Source of the DNA: Octopus vulgaris
Lineage: Eukaryota
NCBI GenBank assembly: GCA_951406725.2
Contig: OX597836.1
Span: forward strand, 15,376,001-15,440,000
Length of the DNA stretch: 64,000 nucleotides
Direction of reading: 5' to 3'
Part shown: positions 1-13,343 of the stretch, in pieces
Numbering within the stretch: the stretch's first letter is position 1
Layout: each line of letters opens with the position of its first letter
Made by a program: the position numbers and the translations under genes
The notes under the pieces: generated by a model
Told to the model about the DNA's origin: nothing
Databases searched by the model: none
The model's input: the letters and a program-made list of their open reading frames with translations, nothing else

Positions 1-175
1 TATGAATTTCGCCCGGCGTGCTAACGACTCTGCCAGCTCGCCACAGGCACAGGTGTGGCTGTGTGGTAAGAGGCTTACTTTACAACCACATGGTTCTAAA
101 TTCAATTCCAACATGTAGCACTGTGGGCAAATGCCTTCTACTACTTGCAAGTGGATTTGGTAACTGAAAGAAGCT

Positions 176-210
<35 letters not shown>

Positions 211-386
211 TATCTTTGTGTCTGTGTTTGTCCCCCACTACCACTTGCTTAAAAATAGAGTACTGGTGGTTGATTCATTTGACTACAAATTCCTCAAGGT
301 GGTGCTCCAGCATGGCTACCATCAAACGGCTGAAACAAGTAAAAAGACAAAAAAAGAAAAAGATACTCTTAGAAAAAAAAAGAGTA

Positions 387-765
387 GGCGTAGGAGTGGC
401 TGTGTGGTAAGTAGCTTGCTTACCAACCACATGGTTCTGGATTCAGTCCCACTGTGTGGCACCTTGGGCAAGTGCCTTCTACTATAGCCACGGGCTAACC
501 AAAGCCTTGTGAGTGGATTTGGTAGACAGAAACTGATATTTATGTATTTGTATATGTGTGTGTGTCTGTGTTTGTCCCCCCGACATCGCTTGACAACTGA
601 TGCTGGTGTCTTTACATCCCCATCACTTAGTGGTTTGGCAAAAGAGACTGATAGAATAAGTACTAGGCTTCCAAAGAATAAGTCCTTGGGTCAATTTGCT
701 TGACTAAAAGCAGTGCTCCAGCATGGCCACAGTCAAAATGACTGAAACAACTAAAAGAGTAAAAG
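387..765 (+). mobile_element. tRNA-derived octopus SINE, family 1 (representative copy)
   Basis: ggcgtaggagtggctgtgtggtaag...ggattcagtcccactg head, internal (TG/TA)n, tail gactgaaacaa(g)taaaagag. Further copies at ~1641-2046(-), 6391-6792(+), 7408-8160(+), 12750-13140(-), 17884-18250(+), 27373-27780(+), 32466-32879(-), 38497-38918(+), 46271-46671(-), 54153-54730(+). Confidence 0.9.
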
Positions 766-1188
766 TGAGTAATAGATTTTAATAGATCCCAAACTGGCGA
801 AGACCACCTTGTTTTAACGATATAAAGTTACCTTTTTAAAAGATCTTGAAATTTAAATTAAAATGTTCTGTCTTAAATTTATGTAGAAACAATTTTGTTC
901 TAATGACTAGCCTAACCATTCTTCCTCCACTGCCTCATCCTCCTCCTCTGCCTCATTATCATTGTCATAATCATCATCATCATCGTTGACCATCATCGTC
1001 ATGATCCTCTTTGTTGACATTGTCAAGATCATCATCATGATTATCATCAACATCATCATCATCATCATAACCTTCATTGTTTTTGTCATCATTATCGACA
1101 TAATCCTCATCAGCATCATCATCTTCATCATCATTGTTGACTTTCTCCTTGGTGTCGTCATTATCATTATCATCGTCGTCGTTGTTGC

Positions 1189-1219
<31 letters not shown>

Positions 1220-1281
1220 ACTTTTAGGTCCACTTTTCCATGCTGGCATGGGTTGAGCACAATTTGCCAAGGCAGATATTT

Positions 1282-1372
<91 letters not shown>

Positions 1373-1520
1373 TGCAAATCAGGTTGTTATATAATTGCAA
1401 TTGAACTCTGGAACTAAAATGGGTCCACATCACTTTTGGCTTAGGAAGTATTGTAAGAAATGTCAATTAATTAAGTACTTTGTTAATTATTTTCAGTACT
1501 TGGTGTGTTCTCTATTACAG

Positions 1521-1613
1521 GATGGAGATCATGTGATTGAATGTGTCCAAGGAAACTCAGTTCACATCCTACGTATGTCGCATAACACAGGACATCACAA
1601 CCAACTCATTCCA
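1521..1613 (+). CDS. FRRS1: FRRS1-like ferric-chelate reductase, first visible exon (DOMON domain); 5' part of gene lies upstream of window
   Basis: ctattacag acceptor, gtaagt donor; DGDHVIECVQGNSVHILRMSHNTGHHNQLIP resembles the DOMON segment of FRRS1; phase 0 joins next exon. Confidence 0.8.
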
Positions 1614-2724
1614 GTAAGTCATCATAAGTTATCTGTATACTCTTTACTCTTTACTCTTTTACTTGTTTCAGTCATTTGACTGCGGCCATGCTGGAGCACC
1701 GCCTTTAGTCGAGCAACTCGACCCCGGGACTTATTCTTTTTTTTGTAAGCCCAGTACTTATTCTATCGGTCTCTTTTTGCCGAACCGCTAAGTGACGGGG
1801 ACATAAACACACCAGCATCGGTTGTCAAGCAATGCTAGGGGGACAAACACAGACACACAAACACAGATATATATATACACATATACGACAGGCTTCTTTC
1901 AGTTTCCGTCTACCAAATCCACTCACAAGGCTTTGGTCGGCCCGAGGCTATAGCAGAAGACACTTGCCCAAGGTACCACGCAGTGGGACTGAACCCGGAA
2001 CCATGTGGCTGGTTAGCAAGCTACTTACCACACAGCCACTCCTGCGTGTGTATAACCATATGTGCATGTATTTATGTATGTATGTATGTGTGTGTGAGTT
2101 ATTGTATATGTATGTGTATGTGTGCATTGTGTTCTTGAGCGAAAGACTTCATCTCACATTGCTCTGCAATGACTTCGATACCTGACATGTGGCACACGGC
2201 AACAGCACAGGTAATGTTGATTTGATGGAGGAAGTGAGCTTATGTGCAATATGAACATTTGATCCCTATAAACCAGTGGTTCTAACCAGGGTCCGTATAT
2301 TTACGTATATAAATAATATATAAATAATATAAATAATATATAAATATATGCATATATACATACATATATGTACATACCTACATCTATATGTATATATACA
2401 TGCATGTATGGGTACAGGACACCAAAAAAACGTTGAACACAATGAGAAACGAAAACATAAAAACAAAAACATAGAAACGAACTTTTTCAAACAACAAAAA
2501 AACAGAGTACAAGACATACAACACAAGGAATATTCCCCTTCTTCAGTTGTCCCTGTTTCGTCTACTCTGCGTTTCGAAGGTAAGGACAAGACGTGACTTC
2601 ATTGAAACAGTCCTTCCCGCAAAGCAAATTAAATAAAATTTGGGATGTTTTGCGGAGGGGTAAAAGTGGTAACAAGAACAGGACAGTAAGAACAAAACAA
2701 GACAGTAAAAACAGCTGTTGTTGG

Positions 2725-3103
2725 AAGCACTCCGTCGGTTACGACGACGAGGGTTCCGGTTGATCCGATCAACGGAACAGCCTGCTCATGAAATTAACGT
2801 GTAAGTGGCTGAGCACTCCACAGATACGTGTACCCTTAACGTAGTTCTCGGGGATATTCAGCGTGAGACAGAGAGTGACAAGGCCGGCCCTTTGAAATAC
2901 AGGTACAACAGAAACAGGAAGTAAGAGTGAGAGAAAGTTGTGGTGAAAGAGTACAGCAGGGATCACCACCATCCCTGCCGGAGCCTCGTGGAGCTTTAGG
3001 TGTTTTCGCTCAATAAACACTCACAACGCCTGGTCTGGGAATCGAAACCGCGATCCTACGACCGCGAATCCACTGCCCTAACCACTGGGCCATTGTGCCT
3101 CCA
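2725..3103 (-). mobile_element. tRNA-derived SINE, family 2 (tggaggc.c..tggc..agtggttaggg head)
   Basis: A/B-box-like head on minus strand (ggtttcgattcc). Related copies with different tails at ~19460-19710(+), 19935-20228(-), 33770-33960(+), 42269-42520(+), 56640-56850(-). Confidence 0.85.
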
Positions 3104-3461
3104 CAGTAAAAACAGTAAAAGACAGGACAAAGAGAATAACACGCTAAAAACAAACGATGAGGGCTGTTAAGCCAAGATGATGGAAAAATTATTTTGAACT
3201 CATTAAGAGACAGCTGTCTCCTTAATGTGATGCATATGGACAAACACAGCTCTGTAAAGAAGTGCTGATCTCTAACTGTGGAGAGAACAGTTAGATATTC
3301 AAAATAGGTTATTCAATGGTTAGTATATATATAAATCCAGTAATAATTCTTATATGATAAGAATTTAGTGATATATTCTGTTGGATTATTCTAAATATAT
3401 TACCTTTAACCATATAGGTTTCCTGGAGTAATTAATATCAATAATAATAATAATAATAATG

Positions 3462-3552
<91 letters not shown>

Positions 3553-3554
<2 letters not shown>

Positions 3555-3926
3555 CTTTCTAATTGATGTATCAATACCGGCTGATGACAACGTGTCTCTA
3601 AAAGAAATGGAGAAACTCTCAAAATACAAAAACCTGGAAATAGAGGTAACTAGAATGTGGAATCTGAAAACAGAAACAATTCCTATCATAGTAGGTGCAT
3701 TAGGCATGATAAAAAAAATATTCAGACAAATACATAACAAAAACACCAGCACTTACAAACACATATAACATACAGAAAATTGCACTACTAGGCACTGCAC
3801 ACATCCTACGCAGAACACTTTCCATACAATAACCATCAGAGCATCACAACAAATCACAGCACATACCCAAGGCACACAGAGCTGCGCTCGGTAGTGAAGT
3901 GAAAGCACGCTATAAAAATAAAACTA

Positions 3927-3930
<4 letters not shown>
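3553..3930 (+). mobile_element. Dong/R4-clade non-LTR 3' end inserted in (TAA)n
   Basis: CFLIDVSIPADDNVSLKEMEKLSKYKNLEIEVTRMWNLKTETIPIIVGALG...IQKIALLGTAHILRRTL* (restriction-like endonuclease C-terminus, one frameshift); (TAA)n on both sides, the known Dong target. Confidence 0.88.
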
Positions 3931-3976
<46 letters not shown>

Positions 3977-4764
3977 TAATAATAATAATAATAGTAATTA
4001 TAATAATAATAATGATAATAATAATAATGAGGATTATTACGAAGTAGCATTAGCATTACCTTTAATTATTTTTTATTTATAAATACAGCCTCAAATAGCC
4101 CTACATATGTTTCCACTGAATTGGTTTGTAACCATTATAATTGCAACCTTACTATAACACCTGATGTAGTTTCTTCAGGGTCTTCTCTTAATATCCTTTG
4201 TGATTCAACTGGTTAAAGTTTTACACTGATTTTCTTTGCATTCAATGATGTGGAGTTAATTTAAAACCATGTGATTAGGAAGCTGCTGGTATTGTAATTC
4301 ACTTGCTACACTTGACGATATTTCTTCAGTTTTGAAATTATTCCAATAGTCATTTATTTTATTAGTTCTTTCTTTTTTGTTTGTTTGTATGTTTATCTAT
4401 AAACAAGTTATTTATTTATTGCATGCTATCCATTGTGCGAAGTTTTGTAGTATATTTGGATTTTTGATCACTTGGCCAAAAGTTTGATTCTTAAGACAGG
4501 GTTTGGCAAGTTTTGATTTTCAAACAAAACACTCCCTGCCTCATTGCTGCAGTTCACTTGGCTGAAAATGGGTGGCAGCAACAGGATTAAGTATGCAACA
4601 GGTTGACCTCCCAATAAGAGGGTGCGGATGGAGTACATTGTACACATAGTTACAGATAAGCCATTGAAAGTGGGATAGCCTTCAGTTTAATGAGCCTGTT
4701 GGCTCTTGACAGACCTAAGATAAGAAAGTATTATTTATTATTTTTATGCTTATATGTTTTGTAT

Positions 4765-4861
4765 GTTGATTGTGAGGGGAACCTGTTGTAGAACTAGACT
4801 CATGAAGACATGGGGTGAGGTGGTGAAGCATGATCTTCGAACTTTGGGCCTCACGAAGGCA
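4765..4861 (+). mobile_element. RTE LINE ORF C-terminal fragment
   Basis: VxGTC.R.R..KTWGEVVKHDLRTLGLT pattern. Confidence 0.6.
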
Positions 4862-5249
4862 AAGTCACTTATTTCCTTTTGAGTGTTCTAGGTACTAGCT
4901 TATAAAATATATTTTGTAGATTCTTAACTTGGGAAATAGAGCAAGGAAGTTATTAAATTTTCTTATCAATATCTTTTATAGTTTACTTGTTTCAGTTACC
5001 AGACCGCAGCCAATGAAGGTGGTGGGGGCACCACCCTGAAGAATTTTAGTCCAACAAATCCACTATGGAACTTTTTTTTTTAAGCCTGTTACCCACTCCA
5101 TCTGTCAGTTCTTTTCAATCTCAGTCACAGATTTTTTAATTAATTTTTTTTTAATTAAACAGTTGAAACTTTAGATACTGGTTGAATGTGCCACATAGAA
5201 CACGGTTTACTCTTAACGTTTTGGACAAAATTTTGTATTTTAGAAGTTA

Positions 5250-5412
5250 TTTCATGTGTCCATAGCTTACACTGGGTATATCTTATAGAGTTCCTACCTA
5301 CGCCTTTTCTACAGATCGAGCAGGGCCATCTACCTGAAGGGGTTTGTGGTTTGTCTACCTTCCTACATATTAGGACTTTGGTTTTAGCTAGGTTGATTCT
5401 AAGGCCGTTCAA
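5250..5412 (-). mobile_element. RTE LINE fragment (end of RT + PHD-like finger)
   Basis: [12 protein letters not shown]...GRWPCSICRKGVGRNSI..TQCKLWTH. Confidence 0.8.
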
Positions 5413-5418
5413 TTCTAA

Positions 5419-5451
<33 letters not shown>

Positions 5452-5455
5452 CTAT

Positions 5456-5598
<143 letters not shown>

Positions 5599-5778
5599 AA
5601 TGCATATATGTGCGGTGTATCTATCTTCAAATGATAAACAGTGTCAATGCTCTCCCCCTCTCTTTCCCTCCTTTTTGGTTTCACTCCCTCTCACACCCTC
5701 TCTTTCCTCTCCTCCTTTGTAGACGTCTCCTCTCCAACATAACCATTTCTATAACCAAAAATAACACTTAAAGATAAT

Positions 5779-5811
<33 letters not shown>

Positions 5812-6553
5812 TATATTTGTGCAAGTGCACGAGTACCGAGAGCAATTTGTTTAATTAAAATTCTTCAAGGCAGTGCCCCAGCATGGCCATAATCTAATAA
5901 TGACTGAAATAAGTAAAAGATAAAAGTGTACATTCATGTGTAACTCTTATACAAATATACATACACCTGTGTATGTGAGTGTGAGTGTGTGTGAGTGTGT
6001 GTGTGTGTGTGTGTATGCAATGTACTTGCATATATACATATCAACCTTGTTTTCAAGTGTCTTTATCTGTTGTTATCGATATACCTGATCAACTCATTAT
6101 GGTGCCAAGAGGACTGATGCACAAATTAATGGAGCCACAACATGGTGGCAGAATCTGCTAGAAATAGCAACCAAATCTTCCTCAAATCGTATTCTTTTAT
6201 GCCTTTCAAACAAGAAAAGAATACAAAAATCAAAACAAAGGCTACACCGGATACAATGTTCTTCAATATATAGGCACGGTATCTGTGTGATTAAGAAGTT
6301 TGTTTCCCAACCATGTCGTTTTGGGTTCAGGCCCACTGCATGGAACCTACTACTGCCCTGGGCCAACCAAAGCCTTGTGAATGGATTCGGTGTGGCTGTG
6401 TGGCAAGTAGCTTGCTAACCAACCACATGGCTCCGGGTTCAGTCCCACTGCGTGACATCTTGGGCAAGTGTCTTCTGCTATAGCCCCGGGCCGACCAATG
6501 CCTTGTGAGTGGATTTGGTAGGCGGAAACTGAAAGAAGCCTGTCGTATATATG

Positions 6554-6588
<35 letters not shown>

Positions 6589-6788
6589 ATGTGTTTTTGT
6601 GTCTGTGTTTGTCCCCCTAGCATTGCTTGACAACTGATGCTGGTGTGTTTACGTCCCCGTCACTTAGCAGTTCGGCAAAAGAGGCTGATAGAATAAGTAC
6701 TGGGCTTACAAAGAATAGGTCCCGGGGTCGATTTGCTCGACTAAAGGCGGTGCTCCAGCATGGCCACAGTCAAATGACTGAAACAAGT

Positions 6789-6842
<54 letters not shown>

Positions 6843-7861
6843 CACCTATGTATATATCTATGGGTGTCTATATGTCTTTGAGTTTGTGTAGTGTTTGTCC
6901 ATTGCCACTGCTTGACAACCAGTGTTGGTTTGGTTATGTCCCCATATCTTAGTGATTTAGCAAAAAAATAAAGCTCAATAAAATAAGTTTCAAACCCCCA
7001 AAATAATTATTAGGGGTCGATTTTGTAAACCCTTCAGTGCAATGCCCTAGCTTGGCCACAATCCAATGACTGAAACAAATAAAAGATAAAAGATAACTAA
7101 GAAAAGGCTGGATGGTCACATCAGAAGTACACTTGATTACTGGTGTCCCTTTTGCCACCAGATAGGTTTATATTAGTTTTAACTCCATGGCACATTGGAT
7201 GAAGATTTATAATTGCTTGAGATTGACGAATGCAGGATAAATGAAAGTTAATACATGGCATCCCAGAATTAATTATCTATTTCAATCGAATCAATCAAAT
7301 TTTTTTTTGAAAAACTGACAGAATTTTATGTTTATTATTTTAATTATGATATCAAAACAAATAGATTTATAAAGCTTATGTCAAAACTTAATTGGAAATT
7401 TTTAACAAGCACAGGAGTGGCTGTGTGGTAAGTAGCTTGCTTACCAACCACATGGTTCTGGGTTCATTCCCACTGCATGGCACCTTGGACAAGTGTCTTC
7501 TACTATAGCTTCGGGCTGACCAAAGCCTTGTGAGTGGATTTGGTAGACGGAAACTGAAAGAAGCCCATCGAATATATGTGTATATATGGCCGTTTCCAGC
7601 CTCGCCTGGCCCCTGTGCCGATGGCACGTAAAAAGCACTATCCGATCGTGGCTGTTTGCCAGCCTCGTCTGGCACGTAAAAAGCATCCACTACACTCACG
7701 GAGTGGTTGGCATTAGGAAGGGCATCCAGCCGTAGAAACATTGCCAGATCAAACTGAGCCTGGCGCAGCCTTCTGGCTTCCCAGACCCCAGTTGAACCGT
7801 CCAACCCATGCTAGCATGGAAAGCGGACGCTAAACAAAGAGGATGATGATGATGATGATGA

Positions 7862-7924
<63 letters not shown>

Positions 7925-8310
7925 CATGTGTGGGTAAATGTTTGCGTGTCTGTGTTTGTCCCTCCAACATCGCTTGACAACCGATGCTGGTGTGTTTACG
8001 TCCCCATAACTTAGTGGTTCAGCAAAACAGACCAATAGAATAAGTACTAGGCTTCCAAAGAATAAGTCCTGGGGTCGATTTGCTCAACTAAAGGTGGTGC
8101 TCCTGCATGGCCGCAGTCAAATGACTGAAACAAGTAAAAGAGTAAAAAAGAGTAAAGAGTATACAGTACAGTACTGTTTCTACTTCATGGATTTTCACCT
8201 ATCGCAGGGGGTGGGGTTGGAACGTAACACCCCCCTCCCCGTGATAGACAAAGGATTGGACCGTTAGCTCCTACACGCATATTTTTCTCTCCTTGTTTCT
8301 TTTCGGTGTA

Positions 8311-8349
8311 TCTTTCTGTCGAAGAGCGTAGGCTCGAAATGTAAAAGAC
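8311..8349 (+). ncRNA. Variant minimal hammerhead motif
   Basis: tcttt-CTGTCGA-A-GAGC gtag GCTC-GAAA-TGTA-aaaga; 5-bp stem I; core has A6>U. Confidence 0.5.
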
Positions 8350-8544
8350 TTGTTCTATTTCTATTCCTGAGCGCCATACTAATACATTTGTTTGTTTGTA
8401 CTCCACCTGCCTTCGTCTTTTGTTTATTTTCATAAACCTTCCCGTTATATATATATATATATATATTTTATATATATACCGGAGTAAACACATAAATGTG
8501 AAACAAGGTGGAAAAAAGAGTACTCAAATACCAGTGGTAGAGTA

Positions 8545-8711
8545 ATATGCTTTATTTAAAGCAGCAGAAAATTCAACAAAACCTGTTACTCTGAGTTTCC
8601 TGTTGCCGTTCATCGGACAGTTTTTGCTAGAAAAACTGTCCGATGAATGGCAACGGGAAACTCAGAGTAACAGGTTTTGTTGAATTTTCTGCTGCTTTAA
8701 ATAAAGTATAT
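8545..8711. repeat. Near-perfect ~81-bp-arm palindrome; each arm carries a variant hammerhead motif
   Basis: arms 8545-8625 / 8631-8711; ctgt-CCGATGA-..gcaa..-GAAAC tcaga GTA-acag. Confidence 0.85.
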
Positions 8712-8831
8712 ATATATATATATATACTGGCCTGCTCGCTTAGCCTGAGGGGTGGCGTCATTCGAAGGCTAAAACAATGCGAACGCATTGTGACCAGCGA
8801 TGTGTAGCAACATCTGGTCGGTCACATGAAG

Positions 8832-8869
<38 letters not shown>

Positions 8870-9229
8870 TGTGTGTGTGTATTTATATACATATATATGG
8901 AGAGAGAGAGAGAGAGATAAAGTGAAAGAGGCAAAGATAAAGAGAGAGAAAGAGTAGATACTACATTGCCCTTTCATAGACAAACAGAGCAGGTTTACAT
9001 ATGAGAGAGAGATGAAGGCATAAAGGCTGCAGGTTTGATAACCTGTTTATCATGCAGCAGGAACGGCACGAGCAAGGGTCAAGAGGGGCGTCAGGGGAAG
9101 AATCTTGCACCAATGCCACCACCATTCCCTCCTTCCTAAACCACCCACTGAACATATAATCCCAGTGGTGGTTGCGGTGTTGATGGTAGCAGCGTTGTTG
9201 TTGTGGCGGCGGCGGTGGCAGTGGTGGTT

Positions 9230-9523
9230 TATGGTGGTGGTGGTGATGGTTGTGGTGGTGGTGGTGGCGGTGGTTGTGGAGGAGGTGTCACCATTACTGA
9301 TAAGGCGTTCATCACCTGCATAACAATAACAACAACAACAACGTCAAGGTGTACTAACACTAGACAATGAGGATGACAACAACAATGATAACGATGATGA
9401 TGATGACGACGACGACGACGATGATGATGATGATGATGATGATGATGACGACGACGACGACGATGATGATGATGACGACGACGATGATGATGACGACGAC
9501 GACGACGACGACGATGATGATGA

Positions 9524-9575
<52 letters not shown>

Positions 9576-9772
9576 TATGACGATGGTGAAGAGAACTACA
9601 TTATTGTTCATGTGTTACACGGAGTTAAGGCTAACCTTTAGACCATCTTGAATGGGACGGGTGTTATCAATGGAGACAGAAAACCTGAAGTGTTTGGGAC
9701 TTGACCCAACTCATTGTGCCTGACAATCAATCATCATCATCATCATCATCATCGTCGTCGTCGTCGTCGTCG

Positions 9773-9803
<31 letters not shown>

Positions 9804-9856
9804 CATCATCATCGTCGTTGTCATCGTCGTCGTTCTCGTTGTCATCATCATCATCG

Positions 9857-9887
<31 letters not shown>

Positions 9888-10513
9888 CATCGTCGTCGTC
9901 GTCGTCATCATCATCACTGTCCTCGTCACTATCATCATCATCATCATTGGCAGCATTGTCGTTGTTGTTGCTGTTGTTGTTGTTGTTGTTGTTGTTGTTG
10001 TCGTCATCATCATCATGATCGGTTGTTGTTGTTGGCATTGTGATCATCATGATCACCAGCATTGTCATTATCATCATCATCAGCAGCAGCAGCACCATCA
10101 CCACCACCAGCCGTTCAAGAATTTGGACCTGGAGATCTCCATTTCCAGCGACTTCGAGGGCCACCTCCCAGTGGTGTCGGGCGTCAACAAAGAGCCCTCA
10201 ACTACAACAAGACTGCCAAAGTTTTTTTTTTCTCAAGGTCTGGGGTCTCCACCACCACCCCCAAGCCCTAGACCATCACCTAATCACCCTTACCCGTCTT
10301 GTTGCTTAGCAACAACAACAGCATCAGCATCAAGGCCATTGTTGTCGTAGTCATTCTCATCCTCATCTTCACTAACCATCGCCAACATCCTTGTCATCGT
10401 CTTCATGATCGTCGTTGTCATCATCTTCATCATTATTGTAATTGTGAGGATGATCGTGGTGGTGGTGGTGGTGATGATGATGACAATGATGGTGATGATG
10501 ATGGTGATGATGA

Positions 10514-10547
<34 letters not shown>

Positions 10548-10585
10548 GGTGGTGGTGGTGGTGGTGGTGGTGGTGGTGGTGGTGG

Positions 10586-10634
<49 letters not shown>

Positions 10635-10640
10635 GGTGGT
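9230..10640. repeat. Compound trinucleotide microsatellite field (GAT/GAC/CAT/CGT/GGT/GTT)
   Basis: direct inspection; similar fields at 930-1220, 41415-42010, 44145-44330, 44630-44860. Confidence 0.95.
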
Positions 10641-10683
10641 TTCCTCTTTATGATAATAAATCTGTTTTGTGCTTCCTTTTCAG

Positions 10684-10846
10684 GTTCCTCCTGGGGTCAT
10701 AAATAATCCTAACATTTCCTATGTTGATGGTATTCTGAAATGTAAATTCAGTTCTCCGGTCAATTCTAAGACCACTGCACTACCTGCACTGGACCAAGCC
10801 TGGTATTTGGAGTATGCTGTGGGAGATGTAAAGGTCAAAGGAAAAG
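10684..10846 (+). CDS. FRRS1: FRRS1-like exon (DOMON C-terminal part)
   Basis: ttttcag / gtgagg; VPPGVINNPNISYVDGILKCKFSSPVNSKTTALPALDQAWYLEYAVGDVKVKGK (DG..C.F and L...Y...A.G DOMON motifs). Confidence 0.88.
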
Positions 10847-11142
10847 GTGAGGTGAAGCATAAGTCTCCTATTTAATAACCTACCAGACACTGTCTCACAC
10901 TGCCACTGGTTTCTTTGATACAAAATTTCCTGTTTCAAAAATGAGCTAAATTAATTTATTTTAAAATGAGCGAAATTAATTTATGTTAATTTATGTTCCA
11001 AATGCCAGCTTAATTAGGACTAAGTTATTTTACTAAATTATTATTTTCAAAATCAATTGAAATGAAAGCTATGTATTTCAACATGAATATGGTAACAAAA
11101 AGGTTAAACATCAAATATGCATGTATGTATATATATATTTGT

Positions 11143-11173
<31 letters not shown>

Positions 11174-11445
11174 GATATATTTATATATATATCAATACAT
11201 ATATATCTAAATCTATCTACTTACCTACCTGCCTACCTACCTACCTACATACATACATACATACATACATACATACATACATACATACATACATACATAC
11301 ATACATACATACATACATACATAAATACATACATACATATGTACGTACATACTCACACACACATGGACACACACACACACACACACACAAACAGACAAAA
11401 GAATCAAAAGAATGTGAATATATATTCCTTGTTTTTTTGCTTCAG

Positions 11446-11553
11446 AATTGGTAAAACAATTTCATTCACGAAAGGCAGCCAGCAACTCCAAAGTAAAACT
11501 AACAGAAGTCACAGTCATTGAAAACTCAACTCCGGCTTTAGTTAAACTTCATG
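11446..11553 (+). CDS. FRRS1: FRRS1-like exon (DOMON end to start of cytochrome b561 domain, first heme His)
   Basis: ttcag / gtgagt; ELVKQFHSRKAASNSKVKLTEVTVIENSTPALVKLH; phase 1-1 consistent. Confidence 0.88.
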
Positions 11554-11737
11554 GTGAGTTGCCTTCCCTGTTTACATTGTCTTGTTTTATACTATAATAG
11601 TTTGATGTGAAGGCAGGGAGCTGTCATACTGGATTGTCAGCTCACTGGACAGACTGTTTAGCAGTGTGAAGCGGGTGCTGAAAAGTTCCTGGCTTTGGGT
11701 AAAAGAAAATACAGGAGGATCTACAGGAGGATTTAAG

Positions 11738-12336
11738 GTGGCGAGCTGGCAGAATTGTTAGTACGCGGGGCAAAATGCCTAGCGGTATTTCGTCTGCCGC
11801 TACGTTCTGAGTTCAAATTCCGCCGAGGTTGACTTTGCCTTTCATCCTTTCGGGGTCGATAAATTAAGTACCAGTTACGCACTGGAGTCGATGTAATCGA
11901 CTTAATACCTATGTCTGTCCTTGTTTGTCCCCTCTGTGTTTAGCCCCTTGTGGGTAATAAAGAAATAGGTATTTCGTCTGCAGATACGTTCTGAGTTCAA
12001 ATTCTGCTGAGGTCGACTTTGCCTTTCATCCTTTCGGGGTCGATTAAATAAGTACCAGTTATGCACTGGTGTCGATATGATCAACTTAATCCATTTGTCT
12101 GTCCTTGTTTGTCCTCTCTGTATTTAGCCCCTTGTGGGTAGCAAAGAAATAGGTATTTCATCTGCCACTATGTTCTGAGTTCAAATTCCGCCGAGGTCGA
12201 CTTTGCCTTTCATCCTTTCGGGCTCGATAAATTAAGTACCAGTTACGCACTGGGGTTGATATAATCGACTTAATCCGTTTGTCTGTCCTTGTTTTGTCCC
12301 CTCTGTGTTTAGCCCCTTGTGGGTAGTAAAGAAATA
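11738..12336 (+). mobile_element. SINE family 3 (gagctggcagaa head; gcctttcatcctttcggggtcgataaa core), three tandem units
   Basis: three ~180-bp repeats of body+tail. Other copies at 1-41(-), 16750-16960(-), 25700-25918(-), 34580-34780(+), 43793-43990(+), 58743-59815(+). Confidence 0.85.
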
Positions 12337-13227
12337 AGAAAATACAGAAGGATCAGTTAATTATGATTTTGTTCAATATGTTCCCCTCTCAGATTCACAC
12401 TTATTGCAACAGTCTTTCAATTTTTCTAAGCCCTGTAAAAGAACTCAGGTTGGGCCTCCAACCAGGACTTTTGTGATACGGGCCTCCAACCAGGACTTTT
12501 GTGATACCTTTAAAACCAGGAACTTTACAACCCCTATCACTCCTACATAGATTAGAATTGGGCTTCTAGACCCGTGGCATCCCTGGGCAACTGGCCAGCA
12601 TGCTCATGTCCTAAGATCGTGCTATGGATATACATTTGTAACATGTTCCGACGGATCCTATCATTTACATGGTGAAAATGGATATAAACAGCATTATTAC
12701 CTTAAACATTTCTTTAAAAAGCATGCAAATCAATAAAATTTAAAATATTACTCTTTACTTTTTTACTTGTTTTAGTCATTTGACTGTGGTCATGCTGGAG
12801 CACTGACTTTTAGTCGAGCAAATCGACCCCAGGACTTATTCTTTGTAAGCCTAGTACTTATTCTATCAGTCTCTTTTGCCAAACCACTAAGTTATGGGGA
12901 TGTAAACACACCAGCATCAGTTGTCAAGCAATGTTGTGGGGGGGAGACAAACACAGACACACAAACATTTACACACAATACACATATATGTATATATCCA
13001 TATATACGACGGGCTTCTTTCAGTTTCCGTCTACCAAATCCACTTACAAGGCTTTGGTCGGCCCGTGGCTATAGTAGAAGACACTTGCCCAAGGTGCCAT
13101 GCAGTGGGACTGAACCCGGAACCATGTGGTTGGTAAGCAACAGCAATTTATAACAAAATAGATATTGTTTTATAGTATCTTTCTTTTCTTTTCATCTTTT
13201 TTCATCTCTTTCATTTTTCTCACAAAG

Positions 13228-13343
13228 TCTTCATGATGGTCATAGCTTGGATGCTATTCAACAATTTGGCGATAAATATTGCTCGCAACTATAAAGACCT
13301 TAAACCAGATTGTACTCTCCTAGGGGCTAAGATTTGGTTCCAG
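13228..13343 (+). CDS. FRRS1: FRRS1-like exon (b561 TM helix)
   Basis: pyrimidine tract + aag / gtaaga; VFMMVIAWMLFNNLAINIARNYKDLKPDCTLLGAKIWFQ matches the M..AW...AR..K...LLG...WFQ pattern. Confidence 0.92.

Noticed and set aside
387-460. tRNA-like sequences at SINE heads
   Set aside because: They continue into SINE bodies and lack intact cloverleaves.
907-1417. Poly-D/poly-M/poly-I and (CV)n ORFs, and the many similar (YI)n, (HT)n and poly-H ORFs across the window
   Set aside because: Translations of di- and trinucleotide microsatellites; no splice or homology support.
1832-2185. Recurrent ORF family MLGGQTQTH...RQASFSFRLPNPLTR
   Set aside because: Antisense reading of the family-1 SINE, not a gene family.
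10110-10210. GC-rich non-repetitive island inside the trinucleotide field
   Set aside because: No splice signals or recognisable product; the FRRS1-like exons join without it.
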